From positions 24,800,001 to 24,864,000 of the forward strand of contig NC_134471.1 in the NCBI RefSeq assembly GCF_964194025.1: a DNA stretch of 64,000 nt. The letters run 5' to 3'. Source of the DNA: Convolutriloba macropyga. Lineage: Eukaryota. This document shows, piece by piece, positions 37,561-48,804 of the stretch; the stretch's first letter is position 1, and each line of letters begins with the position of its first letter. The notes under the pieces were generated by a model. It saw nothing but the letters and a program-made list of their open reading frames with translations. It had not been told where the DNA came from and did no database searches. The translations under genes were made by a program, and so were the position numbers.

Positions 37561-37724
37561 CCCTTTCTTGTGCATTTAGATGTTCATTTATGTTTCTTTC
37601 TTTCGGTGCTATAACCCCCACCCCTCTCTGTGCCCCCTTTCTGGTGCATTTAGATGTTCATTTATATGTTTGCCTCTTTCTTTCTTCAGCGCGATAACCC
37701 CCCCCCCCTTGTTTGTGACCCCTT

Positions 37725-38110
37725 CGCGCAGCGCGATAACCCCCCGCCCTTGTTTGTGACCCCTTCGCGCATTAGTCTTAGCTCTTTAGGGTCTTTTTTT
37801 TTCTTTGGTGGCTAGAGATCAGGTGCGCTCCTTCTGGAGCATAGTAATGCACCGACTCTAGACATCAAAGAAACCAAAAAAGCCCACGCTCAAGCTAAGG
37901 CTACATTTCCGCCCTTGTCAGTGACCCCTTTTGTGCAGCGCGATAACCCCCCGCCCTTGTTTGTGACCCCTTCGCGCATTAGTCTTAGCTCTTTAGGGTC
38001 TTTTTTTTTCTTTGGTGGCTAGAGATCAGGTGCGCTCCTTCTGGAGCATAGTAATGCACCGACTCTAGACAGCAAAGAAGCCAAAAAGGCCCGCGCTCAA
38101 GCTAAGACTA
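37725..38110. repeat. 207-bp tandem duplication, each copy containing a ~130-nt imperfect hairpin
   Basis: ATTAGTCTTAGCT at 37771 and 37978; nested arms AGTCTTAGCT/AGCTAAG(G/A)CT, CTTTGGTG/CATCAAAG, CTAGAG/CTCTAG, GGTGC/GCACC, GCTCC/GGAGC. Confidence 0.85.
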
Positions 38111-38114
38111 GACT

Positions 38115-38436
38115 TCCGGACGCCCATTTTGCAAGGGTCCTGCAAGAATTCGTCGCTTATCTTGCAAGACCCTTGCAAAAATCAGACGCTTATCTTGCAA
38201 GATTCTTGCAAGACTTCGACGCTTATCTTGCAAGAATCTTGCAAGAATTCGACGCCTATCTTGCAAGAATCTTACAAGATCGACGCTTATCTTGCAAGAT
38301 TCTTGCATATCCGACGGCTATCTTGCAAGATCTTGCAAGAATCTTGCAAGATCTTGCAAGATGGTGCGTAATCTTACAAGATTCTTGCAAGATTCTTGCA
38401 AGATCTTGCAAGATAGCCGTCGGTAATAGACTAGGG
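38115..38436. repeat. Right subterminal TCTTGCAAGA array and right TIR
   Basis: About 20 TCTTGCAAGA-like copies with GACGCYTA spacers, ending GACTAGGG|TA. Confidence 0.9.
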
Positions 38437-41400
38437 TATGACAGTTTTAGTGATATTGAATTTTTCTTTCAAATGTTGGAGTTTTCATAAGTTCTCCGGC
38501 TCTTTTTTTGTTTTCGTTTTCTTGCTTATTTAGAAGTGTCCATTCGAACCAAATCCTGTTCCCTTTTCTCTATAAAGCAAGCCGTAATTCGTCAAATTTA
38601 TCTCCAAGCTGCGCAATTGCAAGAACCGGTCGAAAATTTTAAGATGTTTTTTTTCCTACCTTTCCCTATTGAGCACAACACCACTGCCATAGACTTGAAC
38701 ACACTTGATTCATAAGAGGGAAAAAAAAGATTGGTGTTGGAGTGAACAAATAATAGATGCTGATATTTGACACCCTTAGTTCAAAATAATTGAACCTAAT
38801 ATTTTCTTCAATGGGGCAGTCTGTCTTGCTTGATTTCTTGCATTTGTAACATTTGAGTTTGTAACATTCTCTGCCCTTTTAACAGTAACGATGCCTTGTT
38901 CGCACTAAATTACATATATTTCTCGACCCAGAGTCAGGTACCATTGTAAATCATTACTGAATCATGATATTTTAATCGCGTATTTTTACTATGATCCTTA
39001 TTTGATCGCATGTCAAGAAAAAATCACTTTTTACACTGTCAAGAAAAAAATCACTTTTTACACTGTCACTTTTTACACTGTCAAGTGAAAGAAATTTCCT
39101 TGAAAAAACTTTGGCCAGTTTAAAATTGCTTTCTTAGTTAATTCTGTCATCAGCTATAGTTAAGTGTTGCATAAGCGGTCATTCAATGCAAAGGCAGAAT
39201 AATTTACGATGTATAAAACGGCTGATTTCGATCCGGTGAAAACGATGGAAGCTCTATTTCTCAAAGTTTAACTTTTAAGCATATGACATCGGATATGTTC
39301 TGTCGGAAGTGGTAAAAAACAATATCCGGAGGTATAAATCAGACGAAAGAGAAAAATCCAATTAACAGGAAATTCAGACCAGCTGTTCGAGAGTAGAAAC
39401 CATGACAAGCATTTCGCCTCAAAAATTTTCATAATTTATAAAAATATATAAATTTCAAAATTGTATATTCTGTATATCTGGATAAAGCTTGCACAAAAAA
39501 TCAAGTTCAAATTTTTTTACTCATCACAGGTTACATATAATAAAAACAAAAGCTTGTATTTATTCAAAACATTAACGTGTATTAAAATGTCAGATTTCAT
39601 TAAACCATATTTATATTTGTTTTCTCAACGCCTAAAATTGACAACCTTTCTAATTTTTTCCAGCAATTTTTTTATTGGTTGTACTTATTCCTCTCACATG
39701 TGGGACTTATGGGTGAATTTGATGAACGAGTGGTCTGATGATTGTGGTTGCTACATGCAGGAACTGGAAAACGAAATACCTCTGGGGACATCAATTGAAA
39801 TTACTGTGGTGGAATGTTGGAAAGCGTATGATAAATTTTTCTTCAATTTCTCAATTGCATCCCATTCTTCAGCAGAGAAGCAACGGTTCTCATGACCAGG
39901 AGTGCTCTAATTATAGTCTCGTGGGTCACAGACAAAATATAAACAAACTTCCAAAGCTAGGAGACAGCTAAACTATTGGCGAAAAGATTTTCATAGAACA
40001 CATAGAAACAAAAAACAAATTACTATTATTATTATTTAGCTTCAGAACTGCACTGTTTTAATTTTAAGAAAAAAATCAAATCAGCTTTTTTTGGCCTACG
40101 GAGTTTTAAGAGCCCACAAAAAAAGTAAAACTGTACAGCTAGGAGACAGCAAATTTTACTCAATAAGATTGCAGTCAAGTGCTATTGTGTAGACAGAAGA
40201 AGAAGAATGTGCTCGACAAACCTGTCTCTACAATGACCAGTTGTCTAACTTTTGTAAACCTTTGTAAACCTAACTTTGCTGCTAAAAGATGCAAAAACTG
40301 CGATGTCTATTTAATCAAAGAAAAATCGCATCAGCAAACTATACCTTAAACTATGTTTCCTCAACTGCAAAACGTGCGCTTTTATGATAAGCCAATTCCA
40401 ATTAAAGGCAAAACCTACAAAACTTTGCTTCAAAGTTTTGGATAAAATCTTAGTTTGCGAAAACTGAACGGAGCTCAAAATTAGTTCAAAATCTTTTTAT
40501 TGAATCCTGTTTTCCCACAGATATACTCGTTAGACAACACTGGTCTGAAATCATGGTCTGCAACCATGCTCATTGCAAGAGATGAGAGATCATAGACAGA
40601 CATGGAACGCGAGCACGCTTTTGAATCCTTATCTGGCCCGTTAAGACTGGAGTCTTCTTTGAAAAATACGTAGCCCAATGAGTTGGGAGAGTCAATACTG
40701 ATGAGTTTTGATGTCTCGCTCAATAAGTGGAGAATTGAAGTTTTTCTTTGTGATCTTTTGGGTTGTCAAGTGCCGGATAATTGGGTGCGAGAACAGAAGA
40801 AATAAACTAAACTAATGTTTTGCTCTAGAACTGCCACGCATTGGGAGTATATCAGATAACTTTTTTGTCAAAAAGAGATTGTAGAGGAATGGAATGACAT
40901 CCTTTGAAATTGAATGTTCAAAAACAGTTTTTTAGAAATTAAACGCATTTTGTTAGTTTTCTATCACCTAAAAGCATTCGACAATTTCAGAAACAAACCG
41001 CAGCATGAAATCTTACTTAATCTTTATCATGTTGAATACTACATGATGTTCAAGTGAAATAGGACAGAAAAGGTTTGTTCTACTAATATTTCAGTAATTG
41101 TTTTCTCTACAAAAATCGTTGCCTTCGATTCCTTCATTTAGAAGTCAATTTTGTAAAGTCCATGACTGACCTTCATAGGGGGGATATTATCATATGGATA
41201 ATATCAGCTGCTCAATAATTGGCCTCGTCGAATTCTTTTTTTTTTCGTTTCATTGGGCAGCTAAGCACACGTTGACCTTTTTTTCGAAAGGGGCAGAGCT
41301 TTGTCAGACATTAATTGTTTCAGAAATTTAAAGAGTAATTTTTTTTCGCGAAACTTTTTCACTCAGTTCTGCAAGTATAAAAATATTTTATTAAGTGAAC

Positions 41401-41579
41401 TACTGCTTCATTTTTTTATGAGTTGTTATTTTTGCTTTCTGATAATGAAACTTTTATGAGTAAAATAGCACCTTCAATGTTGAAATCATCAATAAAAATG
41501 AGCCGCTATTATGCAGTGAACGTATGATAAGCCATTGATATCTTGCAATATCGAAACTACGAACTGAAGGAGCAATAAA

Positions 41580-43329
41580 AAAGGAACCGTTTCTGAGCGA
41601 ATTGATACTTTACAATTAAATATCAGTGATTTACAGGTGCCTAGAAAGAAATGACTGCTACTACTTCAGTTTCCATGAGTTCAATTATGTTTGCAACTTC
41701 TACGATTGGAGCCAACTGCAAGCAAATTGGTCAAGACCTTGCGAATATGATAAACCTCAACTACGCTGGTACAGAATAAAAACACCAGATACGAGGGATA
41801 CCATAACTTGTGAAGAATACAAACAACAAAACCCAGCAGGTTAAGTATGTTTTTTTAACCCGCCATATGAAAATAATCGCCAGCCATTTTTAACATCTCT
41901 TCAAGAAAATTTTGTTTGACTTGATCCAAAGTGAACGGAGGAATGTGTTTAATTTATAACTTGAAAGGATAAATATCTTTGACCGTGGCCAACTTAATTG
42001 CGCATTTGTGTTCGATAACATCTTAGAAAAACTTCATTGATTAGAAGGACTCGTCCGATCCAATTCGAGCAGATAATTATATAACTTAAAACTTAATCTG
42101 AATCATATTGGGATAGAAGTGTTGTGTATAATTTTTCAGTCTCCAGCTTGAAAATTTTAACAGTTATATCGCATTGGCGCAAAACCTTTTTGTGCCGAGC
42201 AATGACTTCTGCTAACGCAATTTGATTAGTGAAAGTGGTAAAAAAAAATGCTCGATGAAGTTACTGATTATGCGCTGAAAATTGGTTAAGAAAGCCCTGA
42301 ACGCCTTTTTTGCTAAAATTCAGTGCTGTTGAGCACTGTTAGTCCTTCTTAGTAAATTAAATATCGTTGCGATAACGGCAGTTGGTATAGCTTACGGGCG
42401 AATTAACTTTTTAGTGCCCGAGTAACACTACAATAATTTGAAACAGTGGCGAGACTCTGCTTTGAGATTAGACAATCTCTATCCACCACACCACCACTCG
42501 GGAAAAGATAGTGTAATCTAATCATAAATGTAACAAGTTATATGCAGCTGTTGTAATCGCAAGGACAGGGAGAGAGTTGATTAAAACAATGCCGCACGGT
42601 TGTTATCGCTCTCTCAGAGGAATTCATCATCCCGATTCTCCTGGGAGTTTTATAACTCCTCGATAGGAATGACAACCGTGTAGTAAATTGATGACAAATC
42701 CTCTGAGTCCAGAAAGTGAGCGCTGAATTAGTGTTGGTACACCTATCAGGTTTACAACTTGCTGCTGTTACATTTTAGCTACCTCTGGTTTATATACACT
42801 CAAAATCAGAGGGTCAACAACCAGTGTGTATTGTGACATGACCAATGGATTGACGTATATTGCAGCTTCTGGAGTCTCAACATGGGGAGGTAGTCCCTCA
42901 AATGCGGTATCTCCGCGCAGCAAAACGACAAATACATTTTCTAAAGTTCAATTGGTTGTTCACAAGTGCTTCACGTATATAAACGTCTCGGACTACACCT
43001 ACGCAGTTATGAGTCCAACACCACCATCCGGATCACTATGGGATGACTTCTATTTTTCCATGGATTTTGGGCACGCAGGCGATTGTGGAAACGAGGATGG
43101 ACTTGGGTGGATTGATCTGACCCAAACTGACTTTAAAATTCACCCCGGGGTCTCATTCGATCTATTAGGAGGGCGCTCGATTTTCCGGTACTGGGTTAAG
43201 GTGCCAGACTTTAAAAGTAACCGGCAGAGAGCTGAGTTTAAAATGCATGGCTACTGTTCAAGTACTTGGGTCAAGTTGGGAAGCGGTCTTGCAGTGGGAT
43301 TGCCCGTTATAATTAACGAAGAAAGATAA
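41580..43329 (+). CDS. PAN/apple-like plus GON domain protein (exons ~41580-41839 and 42779-43329); 5' part appears frameshifted, possibly a pseudogene
   Basis: IYRCLERNDCYYFSF...CNFY (PAN-like Cys pattern); TCEEYK...G|CT joined by a phase-1 GT-AG intron (41840-42778) to SGLYTL...VYCDM...TFSKVQL...DYTYA...FGHAGDC...IDLTQTDF...GYCS...GLPV, matching the ADAMTS9/20/GON-1 GON domain. CAG TG^ATT at ~41626 looks like a 1-nt deletion in 'QCIYRC'. Confidence 0.72.
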
Positions 43330-44059
43330 TAACTATAAAAACTGCTAAACTTTTCATTTGAAAAATAAAGTGGTTGTCAAAAAACATAAAATTAGGTGGA
43401 CCATCAGATCTTTTCAGCTAGAGCCCCCACGGGAGTGCCTAAATTACGATGGATGTGGGGCAGGGATCTGGACATAATCCCAGGAAAAATTGGTCATCTC
43501 ATGCGTTGGTAGCCTTTAGTATCTTTAGTAGTAGCCTTTAGTATGCTTTGAAGCAGTTTTAGTAATGAAAATGAGACTGAGCTGTATCCCAAAAAGAATT
43601 AACAGCGAGTGATAACAACAATAGACAAAATTTTAATTACGAAAACGTTTGCTGTCGAGTAAAATTATAAAATTATTTAACAAATTCTTTCCTTTAAAAA
43701 GAAGGCCACGATAACGGGAAAAACCCGATCTTCAGACCCGGGTCACAATATCTGAACAAGCACATTGACTGTGGATGACAAATTCTGGTCATAAATAATG
43801 CCGAGTGATATGCTGCTTGCTCTTATAACATACAAATAATGGTTACTGTACAAATTTGACGTAGTAAGTATGGGCGCATCCCCCTCCCTCGATCAATATT
43901 GCCCCAGATGCAATTAAATTAGCGTGTGTACTGAAAAATTGAAACAAAAAATAAACAGATTACGTTAGGGATTAGCGGATTCAAATCTTGCACGAAACTT
44001 TCAAACTCGCACGAAACTTTAAATATTATTGCGGATGACCGAAAAATAGATTTACTCAC

Positions 44060-45051
44060 GTGTACGACCGTCCACTGGTCGGCAAATCCAATTCGTCCAA
44101 TAAATTCACGTTCACGAATTCACCTTCCCTTACTGTGAACTTTAGGCTGGTTGACCTCAACGCCGATACCTGCCTACGAACTCTGTCACCATGGTCTGAC
44201 TTTTTGGCCTCAAGTTGCTTTTCAATATCAGACATCTGAGCCATTTGTCGCTCAAATTGCATCAACCTTTTCATTTCTAGGAACCTCACAAAATCTTGTG
44301 ATATTTTGTCCTCAAGCGCTCGTTCGGCTTTGATTATTCGCTCGAACTCTTTTGATTTTTCGACCTCAATTAGTTTTTCAAAGTGACGTAATTTTTCAAT
44401 GTTCTCTGCGCGTTTCCTGCAGAAACTCTGTTCAGCGTCAATTAATACTTCAGCAGCGTCTATATAATTTCCAGTGTTTGTTTTAATAGCTCGAATTTGA
44501 AAAATGTAAGTTTTACCGCATTCAACTATTTCTTGATCCAGCAATTTGATAGTCCAGTAATTGACTTCATTTACGGTAGTTTTGGCCAGAACAAATGGAT
44601 TTTCATTAAGTTCTGGCTCAACGATTGCTAAGTAAATATCTTCTCTGGGTAAAATTGACAACCGTTTAACTTGAGATCCGTCTGATTTCGATTTGTGGTT
44701 CAATTTGCCAATTACAGGGTTGACCAAAAATACTTCATCGTTTCGGGGCGCTACGAAATCTACAACCCAAAAGATTGAAACACGATCTTCATTTTTCGAT
44801 CTTTTTCTGAAAGAAGTCAAATTGAGCAAATCTGTGCATTCGTATTCTGGGTTCCTTTTAAGATATAAACAATCTGATTCGATGTAATAACTTCCGTGTA
44901 AACCGTGAACTGATAAGTTATAATGGTTATGAGGTAACGTGAACAAACAAGTATTGCCCGGGGTCAAAGTTGAAACTCGGGATGCGTTGACAAATGGGGC
45001 AAACAGAAAAAATTGGCAAAAAAATGCAAAAATTGAGTAAAATGGTGACAT
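44060..45051 (-). CDS. First exon of a cadherin-like secreted or membrane protein (possibly invertebrate classical/N-cadherin type)
   Basis: Signal-peptide-like N-terminus (MSPFYSIFAFFCQFFLFAPFVNA); cadherin-like segments (IYLAIVEPE...LDQE...TYIFQIRA); furin-like RVRR followed by QVSALRSTSLKFTVREGE; consensus GTGAGT donor right after 44060. Confidence 0.5.
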
Positions 45052-48000
45052 TTTTCCTAACTTTTATTCATATGATGTAGTTAACGAAGTGAAATCTCAT
45101 GTGACTTTGAAAAATTGCGAACTAAAAATTTTTAAATCGATGTCCTTAGCATTTGTTTTTAATAACAAAAATGAAGGAGAATATTTTTATTATCAGTACA
45201 GTACACTCTGGGAAAATGGGAACAAAAAATGGGGCACAAATGAACCGGATACAATTTTACCGGACAATCATTTTCTGTCAAATTTTCGGGTAAACTTGGG
45301 CTCAAATGAATTTCACAACCGAAAGCTTAAATCAAAGTTAACCTGGTTTTTTGGGAATCAAATTCAATGTATGGCACAATTTTGGGGAAAATATTATGCC
45401 AGTGCTTTTAATATATTCAAAAGTTTTCACGTTCTCTCGCAGAATGTCGGCGTCCTAGAAAGTAGTTAGTTTGACTTACCAATGCTAACTAGGCGCTGAA
45501 AAGACGCGTGGTAGAACATGTGGGCTAATTCTTATGAAATAAGTTTTGGTTTCGCAATAAAAGCCCGGAATTAGGAAATCGAGGTAGTTAGTTGTTCACA
45601 TATTTCACGAAAACATACTTTTTAGCCGAAAATCACCAAGGCATAAACTGATTTTGAACAGTTAATTGTGCGAAAAGAGTGAATTACCGACGATATTGAA
45701 ACAAATGTATCGGCTAAAGCAAAAGTTTCGACGAAAAAAAATTTCGGAGACTATGAACGAATTCAACAGCAGCTATTATACAATTCTGTATCCTTATACT
45801 AAATGTTAGTTTCAGTGGGTTTTTCACAAATAAAGTCGTAATAGTTCAATCCAAACCATTGTAAGTCTATAGCGCGCACGTTTCCGAATTTAGTCTTGGG
45901 CGCTTGTTATCAGTAAACCTGCATGGTAAAACTTCAAAACAATCTTTCCTTTGAGGTAATAGTTCCGTTTTCCCACATACTAACAGCCCAGACTAGAAAA
46001 TATTCTGAAAGCAGGCCAGGTTTCCAAACCGTGTCCCTAGTTTGGTTCAGGCGAAAATGGTCTACGTACGTTTGGTTCGGGTACTTTCAGTCAGAAATTA
46101 AGCTCGGGGATTTTTATGATCCATATTTTGTTGAATCAAGCCAGCGTCATTAAAATTACGCAGTATTAACTCGAACTATTCAAGATTTTCATGGTCAGAT
46201 TGTGTTGATGTGAATAGAAATGACCGCTAATAATTTTGATAGATTGAAAAAGTTTTCTAAAATGATTCCTCATTGTTGGACAAGAAAACAAGCATTCACT
46301 ACGCAGCTGAGAAATATAGATTAAAAATTGGAATCGAAGTGCTAAATCAGAAGTCTTTGTAGTCTTTCTGTCATCAAAAATACCCAAACATAAAGCTGAA
46401 GAGATCATCAACAGCAAAACATATTGTATTCTTAACACTTTAGCATATAAAAATGAACAAGAAATCAAATGTTTTACTAATTGCCAAGTTAGCAGCATCT
46501 ATGATACCCATTAGAGGAAATCATTTTTAAAAACTCCGAAATTTGATGACCATTTTTTTTATATTGAGCATAACGGTTTCAGTAGTTGCAATAAGCATAG
46601 ACAATGAGCAGATCAGTTATCAATATACGCATAAAAAACTGGAGAGTTTCTAAATTTTGTTCAAAATGAAAATCAGCAATTTCTAAAGAAAATTATTTTT
46701 TGGAAAAATTGTCTGAATACCAAATATTTGACTTTCCAGTGATAAATTGCTCTGGCAAGCCAAGATAAACTTAAGCAGTATTTTGAAGTACAATAACTCA
46801 TTTTATCAAACAATTCAATGTTTGGATATATATCTCTTGTATCAGTACATTGAATCGCAATTTTTTCGCAAAAAAAAATTATGAATTCTCCTTTTTGTGA
46901 GAAAAGACCAGGACCGCTGAGTCTAAGATACATAAAAAAATATTCCAAGGAGAACATGAAGGGAAATGGCAAAATGGGGGTGGGAGAATGATAGACTTAC
47001 ATTGCAGCCGTTATCATTTATATTTGGACCCCACTTAGCGGGGGGGGGGGGGGGGGGGGTAAGCTATTTGCTCAAATGCTCGTTTTTTTCGGTTGTCCAA
47101 ATACTTGACGAACAAAAACATAAACCGTATCCTTAAAAAGTTCATTTGGCGTAGAACAGGTAGACAAGGTTAAAAAAAATTAACTTTTTGTTTTTTGAGG
47201 AGTTATCGAAGTTCAAATCCGTGTCTTTGTTGTTTTATGAGGAAACTTTGCATAAAATTTTAAAAATTTCAAAACTAAAAGTGTTGAAATTGTTAAACAT
47301 AGTGCGATTGGTTTTGTCTTTACAGGAGAGGAAATGTCTTTACAGTTCGCTTTGACATTTCTTGACTCTAACAATAAATATATTTTTGAGAGTTTGGCTT
47401 TTTCTTGAAAAATTGCACCAATAAGAATTTTAGCAAGTGTGGATCAAACTACACGACATTACAGACCTAGAAAAGTTCTTATGAAATCTAGATAGGGCCA
47501 TTTTACTTCCACTTCCAAAAAAAATTTCTTAAATTTAAATTTTGCCGGATTTTTGTGTAAACAAAATGTATCACTTTTTATGATATACTTTAACCAATTG
47601 TATTGATTTATTCTCCAGCAACTTACGTCATAGCAATCAGTTGACTGAATTTAATGACACTATCTTTAAATGAAGTCAGGGAAATCTGCTGGGGCAATTT
47701 TTTGTTTTCAGAGTGCCATTTTTACTTTAAGTGCGGCAACTTGAATTCCTATTACAGTGTTGTTCTCTCCATGTTTCAAGTACTTCTGAAATTGAAAGAA
47801 TTGTTCTAAAGTTCGGCAACATTTACTTTCGCACTATACACTTTCTTCTCGATTTATCTCTGCGATCTTTATTATTAGTGAAATTTGTATTTTGGGCGTT
47901 TATTTAGTTTTTCGTTGCCTTCAAGATTTTTCTTATTAACAGAATGTCCCATAGGCTTCCCAAAAAATCGAGAAGAGATGATTTATTCTTTTTGTAGATT

Positions 48001-48804
48001 ATATTTTTTTATGTTATTCTGTCTATAAAGTCTTGGAAAAATATCAGTGAACTAAGAGTAATGCTTTTACTGGTTCCTCTTTGTCATATCGCTTAGGCTA
48101 AAAATAAGTCCCAGTCGCATTCCAATTAGAAAAGCAAGCCTATGAATGGTTTACAGATGCTATTTTTTGTTTATTTGACTTGATAGTTTTGTAATCAACT
48201 AAATTTTCATTGACCCCTTATTTGTTGTTGTCTTTGATGTCTGATTGTTTAATCTTATTTATGTAAGGCCATAATTTTTTTCAATGACACATAGGCAGAG
48301 TTTTTGTTCTTCCAATTTATTGTTACCGGGTTTTAAAATATCTCTATGTGGTCTAAAATTACATAGATAACTACAAAAAATACAAATTCGCATCTCTGTC
48401 AGACAAAAAAGAAAAAAAGACAGCTTAATAAATTTAAATTAACGCCTCCTTATCGCTTCGTTTTTTTTGGCCCAAGAATCACAGCATATGAAAAACAAGC
48501 ACGTACATGATAGCCAATGAATAGCTTTTAACTCAATTCCCAGTAGAGCTACATTTTTCCAATAACGCTTGCTTATTATCAAGACAAATATTTATTATTT
48601 TGTCTGTCAACACATTACATTTTTTTAAACCTTCAGTGATTGAACATCAAGTCTCATAGCTAGCATATTGGAACCATAAACTGAAAAAAGAGAGTTTTTT
48701 ATTGGAAACGAAGGCAAAAATGATTACATGAGTTCAATTATTAAAATTCTGCAGTTTTCAAATCTACTAAACATGGAGCCCTTATCTATCAACTGAATCA
48801 AATT

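Larger units (their letters stand above)
12736..38436 (+). mobile_element. Giant (~25.7 kb) EnSpm/CACTA (CMC)-type DNA transposon with cargo genes and internal satellite
   Basis: Left end CCCTAGTCgaactCCGACGctTATCTTGCAAGATCTTGCAAGA (from 12736); right end reverse complement CCCTAGTCtattaCCGACGgcTATCTTGCAAGATCTTGCAAGA (ending 38436). TA on both sides (12734-35, 38437-38), consistent with a 2-bp TSD. Subterminal repeat arrays at both ends and an internal EnSpm-type transposase. Confidence 0.88.

Noticed and set aside
36872-37697. Five overlapping 144-235 aa ORFs on both strands
   Set aside because: Low-complexity A-poor repeat that cannot form stop codons; no domain signal.
38115-38413. CRISPR-like look of short palindromic repeats with spacers
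   Set aside because: Spacers are 0-12 bp and themselves repetitive, the context is eukaryotic, and no cas genes are present; explained as transposon subterminal repeats.
40481-40723. Minus-strand ORF as the next cadherin exon
   Set aside because: No cadherin motifs, an upstream in-frame stop and no clear splice sites.
47039-47058. G20 homopolymer (also G/C runs near 2750 and 3620)
   Set aside because: Simple homopolymers common in such assemblies; no supportable function.
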